Origin: Escherichia phage vB_EcoM_G4498
Sequence record: NC_054918.1
Strand: one strand, 5' to 3'
DNA length: 64,000 bases
Shown here: one piece after another, positions 18,543 through 26,170 of the stretch
How positions within the stretch are numbered: the stretch's first letter is position 1
How the letters are laid out: each line of letters opens with the position of its first letter
Program-made: the position numbers and the translations under genes
The notes under the pieces: generated by a model
The model's input: only the letters and a program-made list of their open reading frames with translations
What the model was told of the DNA's origin: nothing
The model's database searches: none

Positions 18543-18835
18543 TATTCACCTACCACTTCAGCGATGATATTTTTATTATTGAAGTTTTTATCACAATACA
18601 GAACGTAATTATACTGCATTACACCACCAGACTTAAGCTGTTTTTGTACTTCAGCTTTCATTTCAGGGCGATCACGCTCAACGATATTCATAATATCTGC
18701 TTCAATCTGAGTTTCAACCTCAGTCTGATCTGCGGTCATAGACCATTCACACAAATCTTTATCATAACCTGCCATAGCAGGCTGAGCAGCACAAGAAGCC
18801 AAAGCAAAAATTGCAGCAAAAACAAATTTTTTCAT
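18542..18835 (-). CDS. sp: Spackle periplasmic protein (superinfection exclusion)
   Basis: 97 aa with signal peptide MKKFVFAAIFALASCAAQPAMA; matches remembered T4 Sp. Confidence 0.8.
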   Translation of the reverse strand: MKKFVFAAIFALASCAAQPAMAGYDKDLCEWSMTADQTEVETQIEADIMNIVERDRPEMKAEVQKQLKSGGVMQYNYVLYCDKNFNNKNIIAEVVGE

Positions 18836-18892
18836 GATAATCTCCTCAGTAGTTTATGTTTATATAGTATCTCAATTTCCAACAAAAGTAAA

Positions 18893-19147
18893 CTATTTTA
18901 TTTCCTCAAGTTCGTTAATCAATAAAAGTTCTCTGACGCTAAAAACAAAGAAAAATGTGTTCCCATCAACCAGAGCATGACCGCTAATAGAACACCCTCT
19001 GCGGAATTTAGAAACTTCACAATCTAGAACTGTAAAGGGTTTTAATCCTATGACTTTAGCTATGCGTCTATTCAGTTCACAACCACTTGCGAATTTTTCC
19101 AAATCTTCTTCTGATTTAAACTGATATTCTCTATTAACTAGCATCAT
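18893..19147 (-). CDS. small hypothetical protein
   Basis: 84-aa ORF downstream of an early promoter; SD GGAGA. Confidence 0.5.
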   Translation of the reverse strand: MMLVNREYQFKSEEDLEKFASGCELNRRIAKVIGLKPFTVLDCEVSKFRRGCSISGHALVDGNTFFFVFSVRELLLINELEEIK

Positions 19148-19177
19148 TTTCTTTTCTCCGCGATTAGCTGATAGAAT

Positions 19178-19210
19178 TACTATAACACAACTCTATCAGC
19201 TTGTAAACTA
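19178..19210 (-). promoter_or_regulatory. early promoter
   Basis: Minus strand GTTTAC-N17-GTGTTATAGTA. Confidence 0.55.
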
Positions 19211-19453
19211 CTATTTTACTAGCATCAATAACTGTTTCTCTAACTTGACGATTTTACGAAAGTATCTTTTGCATTGGCGAATCTGCCGCTTCGTAGGGCG
19301 CACAGCAAACTTAATAAATTCAACTCGACCAAATGGAGGACTTTCTTCTGCTGGAATATCTAACACCAATTCCCACGTATCTGCAATAAGTGCTTTGAAT
19401 TGAGTATTTTTCCTGACATTATACGGAGTAGGTTTAAATAAAACAATGTGCAT
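19211..19453 (-). CDS. small hypothetical protein
   Basis: ORF track gives 19211-19495 with a TTG start; ATG at 19453 with SD GAGGA, 1 nt after the dmd stop, is more plausible. Confidence 0.45.
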   Translation of the reverse strand: MHIVLFKPTPYNVRKNTQFKALIADTWELVLDIPAEESPPFGRVEFIKFAVRPTKRQIRQCKRYFRKIVKLEKQLLMLVK

Positions 19454-19454
19454 A

Positions 19455-19637
19455 TTATCCTCGGCAATCCACTTCGCATACTTTCTTGTCATCAATGAAA
19501 GCTTTAACTAATGCTTTATTAACTTCAGCATATTGAGTAGTAGCCCATTGAACGTCGTCTTTCATCATTGTGATTTCTTTAGTAAACATGCTTTCATTCT
19601 TAAACCACCCCATAAAAACTACCTTTACCAATTCCAT
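19455..19637 (-). CDS. dmd: Dmd, antitoxin against host RnlA/LsoA
   Basis: 60 aa MELVKVVFMGWFKNESMF...; matches remembered T4 Dmd. Confidence 0.85.
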   Translation of the reverse strand: MELVKVVFMGWFKNESMFTKEITMMKDDVQWATTQYAEVNKALVKAFIDDKKVCEVDCRG

Positions 19638-19665
19638 AACAATCTCCTCATTTAACCAACAAGAC

Positions 19666-19698
19666 TACTATACCATAGTCCTGTCAGCTTGTAAACTA
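19666..19698 (-). promoter_or_regulatory. early promoter upstream of dmd
   Basis: Minus strand GTTTAC-N17-TGGTATAGTA. Confidence 0.65.
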
Positions 19699-21123
19699 AA
19701 ATTTTAATTCATTTGCCAAAGCATCTAACTGGGCTCGAGTAGATTCGTTTCTTTGATAGCGATTCTGCTCAGCCTGAATCTGCTGTGAACCTGCTACTTC
19801 GTTAACTTCAGTTGGAGTAGAATCTTGCTCAATTTCTACCCATTTTTGATTTCCTTTTTGAACACCCATCAAAAACTTATTCCATTTATTCTTATCACCA
19901 TATCGTGATTTGATTTGCTTAATGAGTTGTTGTTCAGCAGCTGCTAACTCCTCGGTTTCAATGACCGCAAGCATAAAATCAGCTGTTGCTGGAAGACCAG
20001 CAGATTCTGCAATATCGCTCATGTTAACATCAGAAGAATCCCAAGCTTGTTTACCAACCTGCGCTGCAGTCCAAAGAACAGTTTCGGTTTCAACAGCCAG
20101 AGCACGCAATTCCTCTGCAATAGCTTTAACAGTTGTGTAACTATTTTCTGAATAAACTCTAATGCGGCAAGATTTACAAATACCTAGATAGTCGACAATA
20201 ATGATTGTTGGAACAAAATTCTTCTTGAGCTTCAATTCGTTTAAAAGTGATCGAAATGTATTAGCATCTGCTCCACCGGTAGGATACTGTTTAACGATTA
20301 AACGACCGAGAGTAGATTTCTCACGCCATTTTTCCATTTTTCCTTTATACTCAGCGTAAGAAATATGCCCATCATCAATGTCATCAAGAGAAACATCAAG
20401 CATATTAGCATCAATACGCTTAGCACAGACTTCTTCTGCCATTTCCATGGAAATGTAAAGAACGTTATGACCAAGCTGCAAATAATCTGCTGCCAATGAA
20501 CACAATCCTAATGACTTACCAACGTTAACGCCAGCCATTAAAACGTTCAGTGTTCCAGTCTCAGCTCCGCCTTTAGTAATTTTGTTTAGAATTCTGAGTT
20601 TAAATGGAACCTTACGAGCTTTATTCATATAAGATAGCCAACGCGCTTCGTAGTCATCCATCCAGTCATGACCAACGTAGCTATCAAATGAAATTGATAA
20701 TGCTTGCCGCATGATGTCAGGAATAGCACCAACATCCGGCATTTTCTTATTTCGTTTTTCCGGAGGAAGCTCAGCATTAGTTTGAATTTCGATTATTTTA
20801 GACGTAGCATTAAACATCGCCCTTTGCTGAACATATTTTTCTGTTTCTTTTACTAACCAGCTGTGGTCTTCCGGAGAATCAGCCAGTTTTGAAATAAGTG
20901 TTTTTACACCAGAATATTCTGTTTCAGTAAATGAACTATTTTCTAATGCAACATTTAACGCATTAATAGATGGAACGCTATGATACTCATTAACATGAGA
21001 TTTAATTAATTTGAATGTATTTTTAGCTGGACCACTTTCAAAATATTCTGAATCCATATATGGCCAAACTTTTGAAAAATAAGCTTGATCAAATATGAGA
21101 TGAGAAAGAATAATTTCTACCAC
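19696..21123 (-). CDS. 41: replicative DNA helicase (DnaB-like)
   Basis: 475 aa (T4 gp41 length); Walker A GVNVGKS. Confidence 0.9.
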   Translation of the reverse strand: MVEIILSHLIFDQAYFSKVWPYMDSEYFESGPAKNTFKLIKSHVNEYHSVPSINALNVALENSSFTETEYSGVKTLISKLADSPEDHSWLVKETEKYVQQRAMFNATSKIIEIQTNAELPPEKRNKKMPDVGAIPDIMRQALSISFDSYVGHDWMDDYEARWLSYMNKARKVPFKLRILNKITKGGAETGTLNVLMAGVNVGKSLGLCSLAADYLQLGHNVLYISMEMAEEVCAKRIDANMLDVSLDDIDDGHISYAEYKGKMEKWREKSTLGRLIVKQYPTGGADANTFRSLLNELKLKKNFVPTIIIVDYLGICKSCRIRVYSENSYTTVKAIAEELRALAVETETVLWTAAQVGKQAWDSSDVNMSDIAESAGLPATADFMLAVIETEELAAAEQQLIKQIKSRYGDKNKWNKFLMGVQKGNQKWVEIEQDSTPTEVNEVAGSQQIQAEQNRYQRNESTRAQLDALANELKF

Positions 21124-21132
21124 ACTTACTCC

Positions 21133-21501
21133 TTAAAAGAATTTAAATTTTTTCTTTGACCTTTTATTAAATGCATCTTGTAGTTGCATTGTAATACATT
21201 TTTCTACATGAGGAGCTAACTCAGCTTTTCTTTCTTGGTCAAGAACAGCAAAGTCCATTACAACCTTTCCATCAACCCAATCCAGTTTAGTTACATACAC
21301 TATATGTGTAGAACCATCTTCTAGTTTAATGACAATCTCCTGGATAACATTTTCCATAGCGGATTTAATTATCTTAAGAGACTCATTAAAAAGACGTTCT
21401 TTTCTTTCTTCTTCCCCCTCCGAAGAGGGGGATTCATCGATAATTTCTAGATCTAAATCTAAATCTAAATCATCTTTATTCATTAAATTCTTCCATATCA
21501 C
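21133..21501 (-). CDS. hypothetical acidic protein (gene 40 position)
   Basis: 122-aa ORF between uvsX and 41; contains DLDLDLDLE repeat; assignment by synteny only. Confidence 0.45.
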   Translation of the reverse strand: MIWKNLMNKDDLDLDLDLEIIDESPSSEGEEERKERLFNESLKIIKSAMENVIQEIVIKLEDGSTHIVYVTKLDWVDGKVVMDFAVLDQERKAELAPHVEKCITMQLQDAFNKRSKKKFKFF

Positions 21502-22657
21502 TTAACTGTTCGAGGTCAGTTTCTAAATCAGCAGCTGATTTACTTTTACTTTCTGGAGATTTAAATTTTTCAACCTTTGAGTTAATCAATTCATCAACTT
21601 CAGCTTCAACAATTTCATTGCTATCAATAGCACCTAACTGATAAGCACGTTTAATAGCATCTCGGAATGGTTGATGCTTAAATAAAGGACCCCAGAATGT
21701 AGTGCAGTTGGTATCTTTTGCACGCCAAGATTTTTCTTCGCGAATCATCTCACCGGTTTCTTCATCAAGAAATTCACGAGCATACCAACCGTTCTTAGGT
21801 TTTACCACGAATCCTAATTCTAGAGCCATATCTAACAATCCAGAATAAGGATCGATACCACCGTCAAATTTAACATCAATAAAGAATTTACTTTTTTCTT
21901 TAACGGTACGAGATTTTTCTACATTTAGAACAAATTGATACCCCTGAAGATCAGAACCATCTTTAATCTGGCGCTTACCGATAATGAATACGGTATCAGC
22001 TGAATACATTACGCCTGTACCACCTGTCATCACGGTTTTACTAAACATTTCAATTGTTTCAATTGTATGGTTAACCGCAACGCACGGAATATTTTTAATG
22101 CTAAAATAAGGAGTAACAATACGGAATAATGACTTCAGTGATTTAGCACGAGTCATATCTGCCACAGATTTTTCATTCAAGGCATCTTCCGTTTCTTTCT
22201 TAGAAGCCATATTACCGATTGAGTCGATGAATACAATAACCTTTTCACCACGCTCAATAGCTTCAAGCTGGTTCACCATATCAATTTTCAGTTGTTCAAC
22301 TGACTGAATCGGCGTATGAATTACTCGTTCCGGGTCAACTCCCATGGATCGCAAATAAGCTGGAGTAATACCAAATTCACTATCATAGAATAGACAAACC
22401 GCGTCAGGATATTTGTTCAAATATGCCGCAACCATAGTCAAAGACATATTTGATTTAAAGTGTTTAGAAGGCCCTGCGAAAATAGTTAAACCAGACTGCA
22501 TACCGCCATCAATCGCACCAGAAATAGCAATATTAAGCATTGGAATTTTTGTACGAATTACATCCTTTTCATTAAAGAATTTAGATGTAGTCAGTTCAGC
22601 AGTCATTTTAGAAGTGGAAGCTTTAATCAAACGGGATTTTAAATCTGCAATAGACAT
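21476..22657 (-). CDS. uvsX: UvsX RecA-like recombinase
   Basis: 393 aa; RecA-fold P-loop GPSKHFKS; size and position of T4 UvsX. Confidence 0.9.
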   Translation of the reverse strand: MSIADLKSRLIKASTSKMTAELTTSKFFNEKDVIRTKIPMLNIAISGAIDGGMQSGLTIFAGPSKHFKSNMSLTMVAAYLNKYPDAVCLFYDSEFGITPAYLRSMGVDPERVIHTPIQSVEQLKIDMVNQLEAIERGEKVIVFIDSIGNMASKKETEDALNEKSVADMTRAKSLKSLFRIVTPYFSIKNIPCVAVNHTIETIEMFSKTVMTGGTGVMYSADTVFIIGKRQIKDGSDLQGYQFVLNVEKSRTVKEKSKFFIDVKFDGGIDPYSGLLDMALELGFVVKPKNGWYAREFLDEETGEMIREEKSWRAKDTNCTTFWGPLFKHQPFRDAIKRAYQLGAIDSNEIVEAEVDELINSKVEKFKSPESKSKSAADLETDLEQLSDMEEFNE

Positions 22658-22735
22658 TCATTTTTTTCCATAGGCATCATTATATTTTCCTCACTGGTTA
22701 AAGATAGAGTAATTATAACACAATAAATTTAGGCA

Positions 22736-23578
22736 TTAATCAACTGCTATTGGATGAATAGCATTAAACTTATGAAATGCTTCTGATTTTTCTTTACGCG
22801 AAACGCACATGCGAAGAACCTTTAATGGCTCGTCTTCTTCACCCAACGATTTTCGTTTTTCAATATTAGAAGTTTTCCAACGAGCTTGCTCTGGAAACTC
22901 TCTATTGATTTGCTCAAGCGCTCTATTATGTTTAGAATTACTACGAATTGAACTGCACCCTCCAGGAGCTTGTGCTTTTCCAGATACAACCAGATATTTG
23001 AACAAGGCCAAATGCGGATAACCTTGATTAATTAAATTGAGAAATGCATACATATCTTCGCACAAATCAATTTTTCCATACCCAATTTGTTCTGTCGTAA
23101 GTTTTCCAAGGTCATACCATGTATTCGTGAATCCATATGAATTTTCACGATAATTACCCCAAGATGAAGTAATTTTAAAAATTGGTAGGCGAGCATGACC
23201 GTGATAATACCCACAATCCATGGCATCTTCGACGTATTGAATCAATTCATAGAACTGTTCACGAGTCAATTGATTGACTTTATCCACACAACGACGATCA
23301 TCTCTTTTTCGCATTGAACTCATACGAATAGTAGTATCATCGTCAATCATCCAGATTCGTTGACCTGCATACATATCAGTAATTGCTTTACGAGTACCGG
23401 CAATTCCATTAACATCATCAGGAATAGTTACAATTTTAGCTTTAGACCCATAGGCATCATAATAAGCTTTTTCTTCATGTTCACGTACTACGATATGAGG
23501 TTCATAATCAGTCGGAAACATATCAAGGGCAGAAACTGCCCCTACACGTTGATAGCTCGGAATTACGAATTGAATCAT
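22736..23578 (-). CDS. glycosyltransferase at the b-gt locus (GT-A-like, DxD); candidate b-glucosyl-HMC-a-glucosyltransferase
   Basis: 280 aa; WMIDDDTT DxD motif; unlike the 351-aa T4 b-gt. Confidence 0.55.
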   Translation of the reverse strand: MIQFVIPSYQRVGAVSALDMFPTDYEPHIVVREHEEKAYYDAYGSKAKIVTIPDDVNGIAGTRKAITDMYAGQRIWMIDDDTTIRMSSMRKRDDRRCVDKVNQLTREQFYELIQYVEDAMDCGYYHGHARLPIFKITSSWGNYRENSYGFTNTWYDLGKLTTEQIGYGKIDLCEDMYAFLNLINQGYPHLALFKYLVVSGKAQAPGGCSSIRSNSKHNRALEQINREFPEQARWKTSNIEKRKSLGEEDEPLKVLRMCVSRKEKSEAFHKFNAIHPIAVD

Positions 23579-24216
23579 TTAAGTGCCTTACATTTGTCAA
23601 AATGGTATCTTGTCATATTTGGCCCACGTCCTTTTAGTCCGCAATGCGGACATATTTTTTCTATCAAATTATGAGGTTTTCCTTTACGATTTTTAGACAT
23701 CGTTTCTTTAATTATTTTAGCTTTTTCTACGCCAAAAATTTCTTCATAAGTTTTACCAGAATTTTCCTTGGCTCGATTTATAATTCCATATGCCTGCTCA
23801 TTTTTACCATACATTGGATTACCTTCGCCTTTCATTCTTTTAGAATGATCAGGACGCTTGATTCCACGAAAGGCATTTCCGCACTTATATCTTTCTTCTG
23901 GAGATAGTTTTTTACCGTACATTCCATTTAATTTGCCTGGAAAACTTCCTCCCCATGCTTCATTCTTTAAATTATATGAATCCGGACAATTAGCAGCATC
24001 TAAACAAGTTAAAATAATTTCTTCAACCTGTCTAAACATTGGTCCTTCATATAATATTTCTTTATTAAAGGATTTTATTCCATATTTCTTTTTAGCATGT
24101 TGCCAAACTACACCCGAACCATCATAATTCGGGTTGTGACCATCATGACTTCCTATATACCACTTTTTAGTTTTAGGATGTTTATACTTATAAACATGCG
24201 GCACATTTACTTCCAT
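23575..24216 (-). CDS. GIY-YIG homing-endonuclease-like protein (Seg-like)
   Basis: 213 aa; N-terminal VYKYKHPKTKKWYIGS...YDGSG; NUMOD-like GKLNGMYGKK / GNPMYGK; C-terminal CPHCG...HFDKC zinc finger. Confidence 0.7.
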   Translation of the reverse strand: MEVNVPHVYKYKHPKTKKWYIGSHDGHNPNYDGSGVVWQHAKKKYGIKSFNKEILYEGPMFRQVEEIILTCLDAANCPDSYNLKNEAWGGSFPGKLNGMYGKKLSPEERYKCGNAFRGIKRPDHSKRMKGEGNPMYGKNEQAYGIINRAKENSGKTYEEIFGVEKAKIIKETMSKNRKGKPHNLIEKICPHCGLKGRGPNMTRYHFDKCKALK

Positions 24217-24947
24217 TTTCCAGTATAATCCTTTTTAGCAATATGAGTCTCACCGGTGTTCCACCAATGGTCAACTAAATAAAACTGATTTTCGTACACA
24301 TGAAGACTTCCAACGTTCCATATAATAGAACCTGCTTTATATTGCCGCGATGGGTCGCCTGCATTCAAATCAGATACTAATTTATCTAGTACGTATTTTT
24401 GCCAAGCATAATCATTACGATAGCCTGCCCAGCAATCATTGCTTCTCATGCTAACAACCGCATTGACTTTCTTATCACGAATCAGGTACTGTACTGTATT
24501 AGTACACATGAAATCTGACATACCATCTTTATTGTAGTCAAATTGCATGGATGGACGAGTATAAATCATGATACCACGCCGAGAATCAGGATTTTGACCA
24601 AGTTCAGCTAAACACATATCATACTGGGCATAGTTATCTTCTGACCAAATAGCCCAACCATAATTCGAGTTAATTTCGCCTTTAGAAGATGCTACCTGCT
24701 GCCAAATCTTTGGTGTTTCACCTGGAATATCTTTAACAAACAAGCTCTTAGATTTATACCATTCAAGTTCACGCTGAATGTATTCATCATTAAGAGCGCC
24801 AAAAATAAACGGTTCATCTGCTACAAATGATGCGCCAATAATTTCAATAGTTTTAACACCAGTTTTATCAACTACGAAATCTTTTTCTTTTAATGCAAGC
24901 CCCAAATGAAGACGGATTTCTTCAACTGTCATAGAGTCACTAATCAT
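24207..24947 (-). CDS. 42: dCMP hydroxymethylase
   Basis: 246 aa (T4 gp42 length); thymidylate-synthase-like fold. Confidence 0.85.
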   Translation of the reverse strand: MISDSMTVEEIRLHLGLALKEKDFVVDKTGVKTIEIIGASFVADEPFIFGALNDEYIQRELEWYKSKSLFVKDIPGETPKIWQQVASSKGEINSNYGWAIWSEDNYAQYDMCLAELGQNPDSRRGIMIYTRPSMQFDYNKDGMSDFMCTNTVQYLIRDKKVNAVVSMRSNDCWAGYRNDYAWQKYVLDKLVSDLNAGDPSRQYKAGSIIWNVGSLHVYENQFYLVDHWWNTGETHIAKKDYTGKWK

Positions 24948-25100
24948 TTAAACCTCAATTGATACATTCATATTTAACTTGTAACAGTAATAAACCCCAA
25001 CCTAAAATAATAGTTGGAATCATAAGAGGAACCGTTACACTATAGTATATACTTATTATAATCATCAAGATTAAAAGCAACACTGTTATAATTTTGCTTT

Positions 25101-25352
25101 TCATTCCTTCTCTCTGATGATAATTACCTGGTTTGGTTGTGCAGACTTTTTAGTTTCACCCGCAATTGACCAAATAAATGTAATAAACCAACCAATAATT
25201 GACCAGTTAAACAGTAAAGACGTGAAAAAGATTCCTACTGTCGATTTTGACCCACGCATCAAAGCAATAAACCATGGAAGCATGTATATAATAATAGCCA
25301 ACACGCCTGAAACTAAAACCATAAAAATTGAACCTGCTACTAAAGTTTCCAT
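25101..25352 (-). CDS. imm: Imm superinfection immunity membrane protein
   Basis: 83 aa with two hydrophobic helices; size and position of T4 Imm. Confidence 0.8.
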   Translation of the reverse strand: METLVAGSIFMVLVSGVLAIIIYMLPWFIALMRGSKSTVGIFFTSLLFNWSIIGWFITFIWSIAGETKKSAQPNQVIIIREKE

Positions 25353-25359
25353 GTTTTCC

Positions 25360-25740
25360 TCACTTAGTCAAATTTTTTACACATGAATTATAAGAATTCA
25401 CTACATACTCCATCGGAGCATTTTTACCAGTACGCCATTGGTAATTATTAGCCCAATTAGCCCAAATTTCGGCGCAGTAGTTTTCAATTTTTTCTTCGTG
25501 TGTAATTACATCAGAATTACGATATGCTTGAGCAGATTCATCTGGACGAATAGCTTCGTCAAAATTCGCCTGCATTTGTTCGACTGTTTGCTTTGGAGCT
25601 TCTTTATAACACTTGACATTAGGATTATAAAATTTGCTTGAACAGTTTACAATTTTTCCTGCATCAGACTGATTTACTACCGGTCCTTGAGCTACACAAC
25701 CAGTAAGACCTAATGCAATAACCAAAATAGCGATTTTCAT
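25360..25740 (-). CDS. lipoprotein
   Basis: 126 aa; signal peptide with lipobox LTGC. Confidence 0.55.
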   Translation of the reverse strand: MKIAILVIALGLTGCVAQGPVVNQSDAGKIVNCSSKFYNPNVKCYKEAPKQTVEQMQANFDEAIRPDESAQAYRNSDVITHEEKIENYCAEIWANWANNYQWRTGKNAPMEYVVNSYNSCVKNLTK

Positions 25741-25750
25741 AATAATTTCC

Positions 25751-25987
25751 TCAAATGCAAGTAGTAATTACTCCAGTAGTGCTTATGCAGGTATTACCCA
25801 TTTGCACACCTAAAGATCCATTTGTATTCACATGAAGATTATCATCAATTTTAACTGATATTTTACCATTAGTGTGAATAACAGTGCTAGATTCAATCAC
25901 AGGTTGAGTATCATTTTCAACACTAACAAATGGAACTGCTGCTAATGCAACTAAACAAACTGCTAAGCATCCCATAACAATTTTCAT
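25751..25987 (-). CDS. small secreted/membrane protein
   Basis: ORF track start 26044 lies inside the promoter; ATG at 25987 (MKIVMGCLAVCLVALAAV...) with SD GGAGAA is the likely start. Confidence 0.5.
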   Translation of the reverse strand: MKIVMGCLAVCLVALAAVPFVSVENDTQPVIESSTVIHTNGKISVKIDDNLHVNTNGSLGVQMGNTCISTTGVITTCI

Positions 25988-26022
25988 TTTATTCTCCAAA
26001 TCCGTATCAGTAGTTGATAGTT

Positions 26023-26056
26023 GTATAGTACCATGGAAGAACATTCTTGTAAACAG
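26023..26056 (-). promoter_or_regulatory. early promoter with conserved leader cassette
   Basis: Minus strand GTTTACA-N17-TGGTACTATACAACTATCAACTACTGATACGGATTTGGAGAATAAAATG. Confidence 0.65.
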
Positions 26057-26142
26057 TTTTGTGAAAATTTTTTAGGGAATTCTAAATGTCCAGAATCATC
26101 TGTTTTTCATAAGTATAGATTTATATTACTTGTATGAAAAAG

Positions 26143-26158
26143 GGACCCGGAGGTCCCT
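26143..26158 (-). terminator. terminator hairpin after gene 43
   Basis: GGGACC-cgga-GGTCCC followed by a U-run on the minus-strand transcript. Confidence 0.6.
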
Positions 26159-26170
26159 AGATTTATTCTA

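Noticed and set aside
24948-25100. Possible 23-37-codon hydrophobic ORF in the 42-imm intergenic gap
   Set aside because: No convincing SD in front of either candidate ATG; not reported as a feature.
25988-26044. Shared N-terminal peptide GTIQLSTT(D)TDLENK on four ORFs (also at 51444-51503, 52877-52942, 56639-56683)
   Set aside because: Not a conserved protein domain: it is the translation of a reused promoter/leader cassette read through by the ORF caller. True starts are the downstream ATGs with SD sequences.
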